64,000 bases of DNA from Cyanobacteriota bacterium (GTDB lineage: Bacteria; Cyanobacteriota; Cyanobacteriia; Cyanobacteriales; Nostocaceae). Each line of letters starts with the position of its first letter. Position 1 is the first letter of the stretch. The notes below the pieces were generated by a model, which searched no databases, had not been told where the DNA came from, and saw only the letters and a program-made list of their open reading frames with translations. Below are positions 52,017 through 62,247 of this stretch, piece after piece. The translations under genes were made by a program, and so were the position numbers. The stretch is from assembly GCA_046045965.1 (NCBI GenBank), contig JBJOKS010000005.1, positions 64,001 through 128,000 of the forward strand, written 5' to 3'.

Positions 52017-52484
52017 TTACAAGTATTTTTCCATTAAAAAGTTTGTAAATAACACCCCTCTTCTTTCTACTTGTTGTTCCTTAACTACAATAAAATCATG
52101 CTTTTGAAAAAATGGTTTTGCAGTAATACTAACCTCAGCATAAAGACGTTGATTATTTCGTGTTTTAGCAATAGTTTCTATATGTTTTAACAGCTTTGAA
52201 CCAATTCCCTGATTTTGATATTTGCTATGACAATAAAAACAATCAATATGACCATCATTTTCTAATTCTGCAAACCCAACTATTTGATTATTAATTTCAG
52301 CAATATAAGGTAATTTAATTTGTAATCTTTTGTACCAAAATTCATAATCCATTGTTTCCCCAGTCCAAGCTTTAACTTGTTCTTGACTGTAATCACGAAT
52401 ATTGATTTGATGAACTGTATCATAAAACAAGTTCATGATCATTTTAGTGTCAGATTCATGATATTCTCTAATTATCATATTCAC
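52017..52484 (-). CDS. GNAT acetyltransferase (YafP-like)
   Basis: YQNQGIGSKLL acetyl-CoA motif; VSITAKPFF. Confidence 0.85.
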   Translation of the reverse strand: MNMIIREYHESDTKMIMNLFYDTVHQINIRDYSQEQVKAWTGETMDYEFWYKRLQIKLPYIAEINNQIVGFAELENDGHIDCFYCHSKYQNQGIGSKLLKHIETIAKTRNNQRLYAEVSITAKPFFQKHDFIVVKEQQVERRGVLFTNFLMEKYL

Positions 52485-52868
52485 TTAAACCTCATAAATT
52501 TCTAAAGGTAAATTATCAGAGTCTGGAAAAAAGGTAAACTTCTTACCTGTAATTTCATCAACTCTGATATTTTCAACTTCGATATGATGAGATTTTAAAT
52601 AACTCACACTTTCTTCAATATCCTCAACTGCAAAAGCGAGATGTCTTAAACCACAAGCTTCCGGTTTACTGGGTCTTTGGGGAGGGTTGGGAAAGGAGAA
52701 TAATTCAATTTGCGTATTTCCTACTTTTAAATCTAGTTTATAGGAATTTCTCTCGCTGCGGAAGGTTTCGTGAATAATGGAAAAACCGAGAATATCAACA
52801 TAAAAATGTTTTGATTTTTGGTAATTTGAACAGATGATAGCAACATGATGAATACTGGAAATGTTCAT
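52485..52868 (-). CDS. VOC/glyoxalase family protein (YaeR-like)
   Basis: IHHVAII, ELFSF, GLRHLAF, LPLEIYE. Confidence 0.88.
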   Translation of the reverse strand: MNISSIHHVAIICSNYQKSKHFYVDILGFSIIHETFRSERNSYKLDLKVGNTQIELFSFPNPPQRPSKPEACGLRHLAFAVEDIEESVSYLKSHHIEVENIRVDEITGKKFTFFPDSDNLPLEIYEV

Positions 52869-53050
52869 ATATAAGTAGGTGACAGTTTTTCAGAATTATT
52901 TTTGATAAATATCGCCATGAGAAAGAGTATAAAGGGTTGACAACAGCTTGGAAATTTGTTATGCTAAAATCGATAAGGAAGAACTATCTACAAATAAATA
53001 TGGTCAATAATGACCAGCGAGGGGTCTAGCAATGCTAAACCCCTACTAAA

Positions 53051-54331
53051 TTATTCCCTTAAAATGGTCTTTGATGCAATCCTGGTTTTCTTGCGTTCTG
53101 CTTCCGAAAGTTCTCCATTGGCTTGCAGACGTGTAGCGGAAGTTTGCAATACAGTTGCTGCACTAGTATCACCAATTTGCAAGGCAGTTTTAGCGGCTGT
53201 TTGCAACATAGTAACAGCACCAGTGCGATCGCCCTGTTCTAATTTTGCCTCTGCTACCTGAGTTTGGCGATACTTAGCTAATACCAAAATTGACTTTAAC
53301 ACCTGGGGACTAAGCGCAGGTTGGTAAACCTGAGTAATATTAGCATATATCGGCATCAGGGGAGAAAGTAAACCCTGTTGGTTAATAGCTGGATCATCGT
53401 AGCGAATTTGGATATGTCCAATGACCTGCTCACCTTCTGGCAGCTGTCCTAAATAAATATTAGCCAAAACTGCCCGTTCTGCATCTTTCATCAAATCTCC
53501 CAAGCGAATCACAAAGCTACCATTAGCTTCTGTGTCCACTGGTAACTCAATGGTTTCTGGAGCAACTTGGGCAATAGGTTTGAGTTCAGCTAACCGCACA
53601 CCAGGGACCAGAGACAGCAACAAATGGGCATTGGTTAAACCCACAGACTGAATACGCTTAAATAAGCGGCTAAATTGGTCTACAGCTTGTTTGGGAGTCT
53701 CAATATAAGCGAGAGTACCACCACCAGCATCGGCAATTTTTTCTAATAGGTCTTGGTTCCAGTCATTGCCAAAACCAAATGTGTTGATGGTGAGATTAAC
53801 CCTAGTGGCTTTTTGTGCCAATTCCAAACAACGTTTGTTGTCATTGGGTCCTATTTCCCATTTCCAGATTTTTAACCCGTTATCACCATGGCCATCTGTG
53901 AGTAGAAATGCTTGGGAAACAGCACCTTTTGTACCTTTGAGTAATTCTGTAATGCCCAAAGATAAACCTTCGGCAATGATAGTACCACCACCAGACTTGA
54001 GCTTTTTGTGTAACTGGGTTTTGATGGTTTCGGGGTCTTGCACAATTTGGTTAGGGATAATGACCTCAGCAGTACCCGCAAAAGCCACAATTGAGATCCG
54101 GTCTCCTGGCTTGAGTTGATCTAATAATTGTTCTACTGCCTGAATGACTGTATTCATGGGTTCGCCGTGCATAGAACCGCTTTTATCCAGCATCAGGCAT
54201 AAATTCAAGGGTAAACTTGGGTCAAGCTCATCGGCAATAGCCGAAATGGAGATTTCTAGTTGACGCTGGTTGGTTAATTGAGCTGCGTCAACGTTAGTAT
54301 CGTTGAGTGCCGATAATAATTGAACTTTCAT
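53051..54331 (-). CDS. vWA-domain protein (paralogue 2)
   Basis: MIDAS DKSGS, GGT, LTDG. Confidence 0.9.
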   Translation of the reverse strand: MKVQLLSALNDTNVDAAQLTNQRQLEISISAIADELDPSLPLNLCLMLDKSGSMHGEPMNTVIQAVEQLLDQLKPGDRISIVAFAGTAEVIIPNQIVQDPETIKTQLHKKLKSGGGTIIAEGLSLGITELLKGTKGAVSQAFLLTDGHGDNGLKIWKWEIGPNDNKRCLELAQKATRVNLTINTFGFGNDWNQDLLEKIADAGGGTLAYIETPKQAVDQFSRLFKRIQSVGLTNAHLLLSLVPGVRLAELKPIAQVAPETIELPVDTEANGSFVIRLGDLMKDAERAVLANIYLGQLPEGEQVIGHIQIRYDDPAINQQGLLSPLMPIYANITQVYQPALSPQVLKSILVLAKYRQTQVAEAKLEQGDRTGAVTMLQTAAKTALQIGDTSAATVLQTSATRLQANGELSEAERKKTRIASKTILRE

Positions 54332-55584
54332 TTAGGAGGAGCATCCTGCAACACAGTTTTTGAGACAATTCTGGTTTTCTTGCGATCGCTTGCGGATAAC
54401 TCTTCCCCAGCTTGCAGGCGAGTGGCCGAAGTTTGCAACACTGTTGCTGCACTGGCATCTCCCATTTGCAAAGCCGTTTTTGCTGCCGTTTGTAGCATAG
54501 TCGCCGCCCCAGCGCGATCACCCTGTTGTAATTTCGCTTCTGCTAACTGGGTTTGGCGATATTTGGCTAAAGCCAAAATTGACTGCTGCACGTGAGGATC
54601 GGTACTCGGTTGGTAAATGCGCTCCACATTCCCATAAACTGGCATATTCAGGGAAAATAAACCAGTTTGGTTAATTGCGGGGTCATCGTAGCGGACTTGC
54701 ACATTAGCGATCGCCTGTCTACCTTCTGGCAACTGTCCCAAATAAATATTAGCCAAAATCACCCGTTCTACATCTTTCATTAAATCTCCTAACCTCACCG
54801 CAAACCGTCCATCTGGTTCTATTTGTACAGGTAACTCAATGGTATCTGGGGCAACTTGAGCTACAGGTTTAAGTTCCGCTAAACGCACATTCGGCATCAG
54901 TGAAAATAATAGATAAGCATTAGTCAATGCCACTGTTTGCATCCGAGTAAACAGGCTATTGAATTTATCCACAGCTTGATCAGGGTGTTCAATATGAGAC
55001 AAATTCCCCAGTCCTGCATCAGCTATTTTTTCTAAAATATCCTGATTCCAATTGTCACCAAATCCTAAACTATTAAGAGTTAAATTATAACTGGCTGCTA
55101 ATTGGGCGAATTTCAAACAACGATTATTATCACCATGTTCATTTTCCCCATCTGTGAGTAAAAATGCTTGGGAAATAGTATCTTTTTTGCCCTTGGCTAA
55201 TTCCTCAATTCCCAACCGCAAACCTTCATCAATAGCAGTTCCTCCATCCGCTGTCAGACGATTAATTTGCTGTTTGATGTATTCTCGATCTGCAATCACC
55301 TGATTAGGCACTAAAACTTTAGCACGGTGGTCAAAAACTACTATACTCAGCCGATCCTCAGAACTGAGTCTATCAACCAACAAAGAAGCTGCTTTTTTCA
55401 CAGTTTCCAGCGATCGCCCATTCATGGAACCACTATGATCTAAAATCAAGCATAAGTTTAATGGCGCACTGCGATCTAAAGTTTCCCCAATCGCAGAAAC
55501 AGAAATTGCTAACTGACGTTGACTACTTGGCTGATTTGCGTCTACATTAGCATCATTGAGAATAAGCTGTAAGTTAACTTTCAT
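54328..55584 (-). CDS. vWA-domain protein (paralogue 1)
   Basis: MIDAS DHSGS, GGT, LTDG; 4-bp overlap with paralogue 2. Confidence 0.9.
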   Translation of the reverse strand: MKVNLQLILNDANVDANQPSSQRQLAISVSAIGETLDRSAPLNLCLILDHSGSMNGRSLETVKKAASLLVDRLSSEDRLSIVVFDHRAKVLVPNQVIADREYIKQQINRLTADGGTAIDEGLRLGIEELAKGKKDTISQAFLLTDGENEHGDNNRCLKFAQLAASYNLTLNSLGFGDNWNQDILEKIADAGLGNLSHIEHPDQAVDKFNSLFTRMQTVALTNAYLLFSLMPNVRLAELKPVAQVAPDTIELPVQIEPDGRFAVRLGDLMKDVERVILANIYLGQLPEGRQAIANVQVRYDDPAINQTGLFSLNMPVYGNVERIYQPSTDPHVQQSILALAKYRQTQLAEAKLQQGDRAGAATMLQTAAKTALQMGDASAATVLQTSATRLQAGEELSASDRKKTRIVSKTVLQDAPPK

Positions 55585-56060
55585 AAGCCATTTTCCTAAC
55601 GAGATTATCTATTATCTATTTATAGATAACTTCAATCCCTAGTTCACAGAGTACGGAAAACAGATTTAACAAAAACTTTGTTGGGTAATTGGTCATTGGG
55701 TTATTTATTCGCCTGTAGCATCTTAGCGTCAGTTACCTTAACAATTCTTAACCCAATTTTCCCAAGAAAGTTAAAACAACCTTTTTTTGGGAAAAATTAT
55801 TGAGAATAGTATCAATAAGACCAACGTAGTTTCAAGGGTCTTGACTTCTGACAGGGTTATGTTATGATAGTCTTTAGAAAAATCCAAGGGTGTCTTATAT
55901 CTAAAATATAAAATTCCCAGGAATCAGAGAACGCAGATAAACGCAGATAAACGCAGATAAACGCGGATGAATATATAGTAGGGTGTGTTAGCTCAGAAAG
56001 CACAGCACCCCCTTTATTGTGAGATATCTATTGTGAGATATCTATTTGAGATATTGCGAA

Positions 56061-56726
56061 TTAATGCAGAGAGTTAATTTGTGCGAAATTGTGAGGACTC
56101 TTAAATGCTATTTGAGCATTGGTTTGTTGACAAGCAACCATAGTTTTAACGTGTTCCATTTCATCATCACGAATGGCCACAAACACATCATAAAGATTAT
56201 CAATTTTTGGTCGGCGTGTTTCTGGAGTTTGGGCAGTTTGGAACTCATCAAACATATACAAATCACCATCCCGATAGTAGCTAAGTGCTACAGTTGGTGC
56301 GGGTTGTAATTTCAGTTCTGCTTCGTCTTTGGTTAAGAACTTGTTATAGCTGCTATAGGCGTGATTTTCTACTAATTCCATGAAATGATAGGCAGAACTA
56401 GGAGAAAAAATATACAAGAAAACAATAATCCAATAATAAATCAAAGCTGTTGTTCTGGCTAATATGCGATCGCCCCAAAATGCAGCACCTCCCAAAGATT
56501 CCATGATCAATAGGTGATGCAATTCGTTCCAAGATTCGGCAAAATGCACTTTTAACCAATCTGCTTTTCTCCAAAATCCTAAAGTTTCGTAAAGATGCAA
56601 AACTGAAAGGTAGGAAAAATAAGGAACTCGTGCTACAGTTTCTAGGACATAAAAGCGAGGATAGGGGCGATCGCGATAAATTGTATTAATCACAAATACG
56701 AGAATTCCCACAAGTAATTTAATCAT
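56061..56726 (-). CDS. ptox: Plastoquinol terminal oxidase (alternative oxidase family)
   Basis: LETVARVPY, ESWNELHH, ENHAY, DEMEH di-iron ligands; AAGGAG RBS. Confidence 0.9.
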   Translation of the reverse strand: MIKLLVGILVFVINTIYRDRPYPRFYVLETVARVPYFSYLSVLHLYETLGFWRKADWLKVHFAESWNELHHLLIMESLGGAAFWGDRILARTTALIYYWIIVFLYIFSPSSAYHFMELVENHAYSSYNKFLTKDEAELKLQPAPTVALSYYRDGDLYMFDEFQTAQTPETRRPKIDNLYDVFVAIRDDEMEHVKTMVACQQTNAQIAFKSPHNFAQINSLH

Positions 56727-56881
56727 TTTTCATCTCCTTTAAAGATCATTTTCCCCGGTATTACTCGAATTTCTGGCTTTTTGTTGCCACTTTCCAAACT
56801 AAACACCAAAGTTGAGGATCTTGTGAGCATTACTGAAAAAAACTATAAGTAATTTGTATAAGTAAGTTCGAGGCGACTTAC

Positions 56882-57430
56882 TTAATCTTGACTTGATTTT
56901 TGCATTAACAAAGAGGCGATCGCTTCATCACACCATTCAATCCACATAGTTTCGTAGCGAATACCACACCGCAGAGTCAGATAAATGTGTCTTTGCGGGC
57001 GAGACAAATGAGCCAGATCGCCAAATTCTAGTTCGCGGGAGCGATAGGACTCCAGTTTCTGCTGATGGAATTGCTTGCGTCGTTCAATTTCACGGATGAG
57101 GATATCTTCAGAAACGATAAACCCACTGCGTACTTTCACCAGTAATTCTTCCCGGATTGCAGTTGCTTCCGAGGGTTCAGCAATCCAAGAAATTAGTTCT
57201 TGTCTACCTGTATCGGTGAGAGAATAGATTTTTTTGTCGGGACGAACCGATTGTGGTAATACTTCCACTTCTACCCAGTCCTTCTCCTGCATTCGTGCCA
57301 GTTCTCGATAAATCTGCTGAGAGGTGGCTTGCCAGTAACAACTTACTTTTTCATTAAATTCTTTGCTCAAATCATAACCCGTCCGAGGTGACTGAAGCAA
57401 GATGGTGGCGATCGCATGGGCTAAACTCAT
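56882..57430 (-). CDS. PadR-family transcriptional regulator
   Basis: TGYDL, SQQIYREL, PDKKIYSLTDTG; C-terminal YLTLRCGI...WIEWC. Confidence 0.9.
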   Translation of the reverse strand: MSLAHAIATILLQSPRTGYDLSKEFNEKVSCYWQATSQQIYRELARMQEKDWVEVEVLPQSVRPDKKIYSLTDTGRQELISWIAEPSEATAIREELLVKVRSGFIVSEDILIREIERRKQFHQQKLESYRSRELEFGDLAHLSRPQRHIYLTLRCGIRYETMWIEWCDEAIASLLMQKSSQD

Positions 57431-57439
57431 AATTCTTTC

Positions 57440-57493
57440 TTGACATAGACAACTAGTTGCATATACCCTTTAGTGTATACAACTAATTTTATA
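57440..57493 (+). promoter_or_regulatory. Sigma-70 promoter of the RND operon overlapped by two candidate PadR operators
   Basis: TTGACA (57440) - 18 nt - TACCCT; palindrome CAACTAGTTG (57450-57459); second copy TATACAACTAATTTTATA (57476-57493). Confidence 0.55.
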
Positions 57494-57501
57494 ACAATTA
57501 G

Positions 57502-58893
57502 TTGAATATGGCAACGCTTCTTTCTTGTCAACGTAGCACAAAAATGAGTGGTCAGCTTATGGAAATCCAAGCTTGGGAGATAGAGGTACAGGTGGGAGTG
57601 GAGGAGACTGCCTCAGCTTTGAAGCATCCCAAAAAGATCAGGGTCAGGAATCTGCTAATTGTGAGTGGAATGGTGGCAGCGATCACCTTCGGGATGTATG
57701 AACGCTTATCGGTTCAACAGGAAGTTGCTGTTTCTGCCCCATTAACAGTGCAAGTCGTCAAACTCAAACCTGTACAGTCATACCAAGTGACCCGCTTTTA
57801 TACGGGTGAAGTAGTGGCCACTCGCCGCAGTGAATTGGGCTTTGAACGAGGGGGAAAAGTCATTGAAATCATCTTTAATCGTGGACAAACCGTAGAAAAA
57901 GGCGCAGTGATTGCCCGGTTAGATACGCAAAATCTTAAAGCACAATTAGCACAATTAGCAGCACAAAAATTGCGTGCAGTTGCACAATTAAAAGAATTGC
58001 AGAATGGACCACGGAGAGAAACCATTGCTGCGGCACGTTCTCAAGTGGCAGATTTAGAAAATCGGTTGCGGCTGGAAAATATTCGTCGCGATCGCCGCCG
58101 TTCTCTGTACGAAGAAGGAGCAATTTCCCGTGAACAGTTGGATGAAGTAGCATTTAATCGGGATGCCCTGGCTGACCGCCTAGCCGCTGCTCAGAGTGAA
58201 TTAGAAGCATTGCAAAACGGAACCCGCAAAGAACAAATCGCCGCCCAAGCCGCTACGGTAGCTCAACTTCAAGCCAGTATGAGCGATGTGGAAATCAATA
58301 TTGAAAAAAGCACCCTCCGCGCTCCCTTTCGTGGTGTAGTCGGGGAACGGAATTTGGATGAAGGCACTGTGGTACAAGCAGGACAGCCGATTATTCGCCT
58401 AGTGGAAAAACTCACCCCGGAAGTAGAAATTGGCGTACCTCCCCAACTTGTACAGACCATCAAGGTGGGAAGTCGTCAACAAGTGCAGGTGGGCAATCAA
58501 ATTTATCCTGCCCAAGTGCTGGCACATAAACCAGAGATCAACCCGCAAACCCGGACTCGGACAGTAGTTTTGCAATTGGTTTCTACAGGTCAAACCATGC
58601 CAGCATCAGGAGAAATTGCCCGTCTGCAAGTGCAACAAATGGTATCTACCGAGGGATTTTGGTTGCCAATAACCGCTTTAATTAAGGGAGAGAGGGGATT
58701 ATGGTCTTGTTTTGCGATTGCTCCAGAAGCAGAAACCTATCGCATCGAACGGCGGGATGTGGAAGTGTTGTATACCGAAGGCGATCGCGTTTTAGTGCGC
58801 GGCACAATTGTTGCTGGGGAAGAAGTTGTCAACAGTGGTACTCACCGCTTGGTTTCTGGGCAAGTTGTGAAATTAGTGGACAGTGAGCAGTGA
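57502..58893 (+). CDS. RND efflux periplasmic adaptor subunit
   Basis: TM anchor, ELGFERGGKV, LRAPFRGVV, long coiled coil; true start may be 57544 or 57559. Confidence 0.9.
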   Translation: MNMATLLSCQRSTKMSGQLMEIQAWEIEVQVGVEETASALKHPKKIRVRNLLIVSGMVAAITFGMYERLSVQQEVAVSAPLTVQVVKLKPVQSYQVTRFYTGEVVATRRSELGFERGGKVIEIIFNRGQTVEKGAVIARLDTQNLKAQLAQLAAQKLRAVAQLKELQNGPRRETIAAARSQVADLENRLRLENIRRDRRRSLYEEGAISREQLDEVAFNRDALADRLAAAQSELEALQNGTRKEQIAAQAATVAQLQASMSDVEINIEKSTLRAPFRGVVGERNLDEGTVVQAGQPIIRLVEKLTPEVEIGVPPQLVQTIKVGSRQQVQVGNQIYPAQVLAHKPEINPQTRTRTVVLQLVSTGQTMPASGEIARLQVQQMVSTEGFWLPITALIKGERGLWSCFAIAPEAETYRIERRDVEVLYTEGDRVLVRGTIVAGEEVVNSGTHRLVSGQVVKLVDSEQ

Positions 58894-59065
58894 ACAGTGA
58901 TCACGCCAATTATTTAAAGAAACGAACCACGAAGAAACGAAGAACACGAAGGAAAGAGAGTTTGAGAGATATTTTGCGTTAGGTGGTTAAGTGTTTTTTA
59001 TTTGGAAGTCCCTGATCTCTCTTGACTGATAACTGATAACTGATCACTGATAACTGATCACTGAT

Positions 59066-62000
59066 ATGGCACAGCTATTTTTTCGCAACTTGCGCTTATT
59101 ATTGTTGGCAATTTTTCTGATTGTGGCTTGGGGAACTGTCACCTTTCAATCTCTACCTCGATTGGAAGACCCCGAACTCACTTCTCGCTTTGCCTTAGTT
59201 ACTACTTTTTTGCCAGGAGGAACAGCCGAACGCACGGAATCACTGGTTACTGATCCCATTGAAGCGAAAATTGCCGAAATTCCAGAAGTGAAAACTTATG
59301 AGTCCACATCACGCGCCGGGGTTTCTACCATTTCAGTAGATTTACTCGATAGTGTGGGTAAAAATCGTGTACCCTTGGTGTGGTCACGGGTGCGGGATAA
59401 ATTGCGGGAAGTACAAGGAGAATTACCCAGAGAAGCCAGTGAACCAGAATTAGATGAGGGAGATGTGCGTGCTTATGCCCTCCTAGCAGCCCTGACTTGG
59501 GAACAGTCTGATGCACCAAATTACGCCATTTTACAGCGACGGGCAGAGGTGTTAAAAAATGCCTTGCGATCGCTATCTGGCACAGATGAAGTGGAGATTT
59601 TTGGCGCACCGCAAGAAGAAATTACGGTGAATGTGAATACCGAAACCCTTGCCAGTTTAGGAATTACCGCCTCAGAATTAGCAGGGCAAATTCAACAGAG
59701 CGATGCGAAAACTTCCGCCGGACAGTTTCGCGGTGACAATACTCTGCTTTATGAAGTCCAAGGAGAATTGGATACCCTGAACCGTTTGCAGGAAATACCC
59801 GTGCGCTGTTCTAACTGTGCATCTAACCGGGAATTTCGCCTTTTAGCAGACATCGCCACCATTGAAAAAGGAATTGCCACACCACCCACAGAATTAGCAT
59901 TTACTGCCGGTAAAGCTGCGATCGCTGTTGGTGTTTATGTTCAGTCCCAATATCGTCTGGATCGCTGGGCTGTAGACGCACAAAAGACGATTGATAGCTT
60001 TCGGGCTGATTTACCCAAGGGGATACAGTTAGAAATTGTCTTTGATCAGAGTCTTTATGTAACTGCACGATTAAATAATCTGATCGGTAATTTGCTGTCT
60101 GGGGCTTTGATGCTGTTCGTGATTTGCATTATCATGATGGGCTGGCAACAGGCATTAGCTGTACAAATGGCACTGCCGCTTTCAGTCGCGATCGCTCTCA
60201 TTGTCATGGGCTTGTTGGGTATTCCCTTACATCAAATGTCGGTAACAGGGCTAATTGTAGCTTTGGGTATTCTGATTGATAATGCGATTATTCTCGTAGA
60301 TGAGATGAATGTTCGCCTGAAAACGGGAATGTCTTTAGAAACTGCCATTGCAGAAACGGTGCAGTATCTCCGCGCTCCTTTGTTTGGCGGAACATTAACT
60401 ACCGTATTTTCCTTTGCACCTATTGCTTTACTTCCCGGTGCAACTGGTGAATTTGTCGGGACGATTGGTTTAAATGTAATTGTGGCAGTGTTGGCTTCGC
60501 TATTGGTAGCATTAACGATTTCCCCAGCCCTCACCGCGAAAATTTATCAGTGGCATCATCGTCGCTCCCTCACCTCTAAAGGCACGATGAGCAAACAAGG
60601 ATGGTGGCAAGCCGGATTTTCTCATCCTGGACTCACGGACTGGTATCGTCGTTCTTTGCAATGGTCGTTGCGTTATCCCAAACGAGCGATCGCCCTGACG
60701 CTAATTTTACCAGTAATGGGGTTTACCCTCATGACTACTTTAAGTTTACAATTCTTTCCGGCTGCTGACCGCGAACAGTTCATAGTGGAGTTAGAATTGC
60801 CTCCTGCTAGTTCTTTAGGGCAAATTCAGCAATTGACACAAGAGGTAGAAACTACCTTACGCAGTCATTCTCAAGTTCAAAAAGTGTATTGGTTTTTGGG
60901 GAAGAGTGCGCCGAAAGTCTATTACAACCAACTCAATAATCGGGAGAACGAAAGCAGTTTTGCTGGGGCAATTGTGCAGATAAATGGCATTGCAACTGAT
61001 GGCCTCATTCGCCAACTGCAAACGGAATTTAACAGCGCCTTCCCTAATGCTCGTGCGTTGGTGCGTCTGTTTGAACAGGGACCACCTTTTGAAGCCCCAA
61101 TTGAGTTACGAATTTACGGCTCTGATGTTGACCGCCTCCAACAATTAGGTGAGCAACTCCGGGCTATTTTGGCAGAAGTTCCCACTATTACGCACATTCG
61201 TACTCGCCTTAACGATGTGCTGCCCCAACTGTCCCTAGATATTGATGAACCAGAAGCGCGATCGCGGGGTTTAAGCCGTCGAGAAATTGCTCAACAATTG
61301 CAAATCATCACTGAAGGGGTAAACGGTGGCACGATTTTAGAAGATACGGAAGAAGTTCCTGTCCGAGTCCGTTTGAGTGGTAGCGATCGCTCTGACTTAA
61401 GCCGATTACAATCAGTGAATCTCCTACCAAGCAATCGTAACGGCTACATTCCCTTAGAAACCGTTGGTAAACTCAGTGTAATTCCCAAAAATGCCGCCAT
61501 CACTCGCAAAAACGGTCGTAGAGTCAGCACAGTGCAAGGCTATCTCACCGCAGGAACGTTACCTGCTAACGCTCTGGCTGATTTTCGCCAACGTTTGCAA
61601 AAGTCTTTTTCGTTGCCTCAAGGCTATAGTTTAGAATTTGGTGGTGAAGAAGCAGAACGTAACAGCGCCACTGGTGGACTACTCGGTTACGGTATTGTGC
61701 TAGGAATTGCCCTGGTGGTAACTCTTGTACTTTCGATGAATTCTTTCGCCCTTGCGGGTTTGATTGGCATGGTGGCGATTCTTGCTATCGGTTTGGGCGG
61801 ATTATCGGTTTGGCTGTTCGGCTATCCCTTTGGCTTTAATCCCATCATCGGCACGGTAGGATTGATTGGGGTGGCTGTGAATGATTCAATTACTGTTCTC
61901 ACTGCCCTCAAGAGTGATACCTTAGCACAGACAGGCGATGGATCAGCGATAGTGGAAACTGTTATTCATACTACGCGCCATGTCCTCACAACTACGTTTA

Positions 62001-62179
62001 CCACTATGGCAGGTTTTATCCCCCTGATCCTCGGCGGCGGTGGATTTTGGCCTCCTTTGGCTGTGGTGATTGCAGGTGGTGTGGGTGGTGCAACTATTCT
62101 CGCTCTGTACTTTATTCCCCCTGCCTATTTATTATGGCGAGCGCCAAGCGATCACCTGAAAACTCGCGGAGTTCGATAA
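59066..62179 (+). CDS. RND efflux permease (AcrB/AcrD/AcrF superfamily)
   Basis: 1037 aa; LPRLEDP, GILIDNAII, FFP, PLAVVIAGG. Confidence 0.93.
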   Translation: MAQLFFRNLRLLLLAIFLIVAWGTVTFQSLPRLEDPELTSRFALVTTFLPGGTAERTESLVTDPIEAKIAEIPEVKTYESTSRAGVSTISVDLLDSVGKNRVPLVWSRVRDKLREVQGELPREASEPELDEGDVRAYALLAALTWEQSDAPNYAILQRRAEVLKNALRSLSGTDEVEIFGAPQEEITVNVNTETLASLGITASELAGQIQQSDAKTSAGQFRGDNTLLYEVQGELDTLNRLQEIPVRCSNCASNREFRLLADIATIEKGIATPPTELAFTAGKAAIAVGVYVQSQYRLDRWAVDAQKTIDSFRADLPKGIQLEIVFDQSLYVTARLNNLIGNLLSGALMLFVICIIMMGWQQALAVQMALPLSVAIALIVMGLLGIPLHQMSVTGLIVALGILIDNAIILVDEMNVRLKTGMSLETAIAETVQYLRAPLFGGTLTTVFSFAPIALLPGATGEFVGTIGLNVIVAVLASLLVALTISPALTAKIYQWHHRRSLTSKGTMSKQGWWQAGFSHPGLTDWYRRSLQWSLRYPKRAIALTLILPVMGFTLMTTLSLQFFPAADREQFIVELELPPASSLGQIQQLTQEVETTLRSHSQVQKVYWFLGKSAPKVYYNQLNNRENESSFAGAIVQINGIATDGLIRQLQTEFNSAFPNARALVRLFEQGPPFEAPIELRIYGSDVDRLQQLGEQLRAILAEVPTITHIRTRLNDVLPQLSLDIDEPEARSRGLSRREIAQQLQIITEGVNGGTILEDTEEVPVRVRLSGSDRSDLSRLQSVNLLPSNRNGYIPLETVGKLSVIPKNAAITRKNGRRVSTVQGYLTAGTLPANALADFRQRLQKSFSLPQGYSLEFGGEEAERNSATGGLLGYGIVLGIALVVTLVLSMNSFALAGLIGMVAILAIGLGGLSVWLFGYPFGFNPIIGTVGLIGVAVNDSITVLTALKSDTLAQTGDGSAIVETVIHTTRHVLTTTFTTMAGFIPLILGGGGFWPPLAVVIAGGVGGATILALYFIPPAYLLWRAPSDHLKTRGVR

Positions 62180-62247
62180 CTTCATCTCAACCTGTAGGAG
62201 ATCCCCACCAAATCTTTACTCACATTGGTGGCTGGAAGAATGGAGGC

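Noticed and set aside
53010..54595. Plus-strand ORFs 53010-53261, 53766-54119 and 54320-54595
   Set aside because: Antisense shadows of the two vWA paralogues; the first and third resemble each other only because the sense genes do
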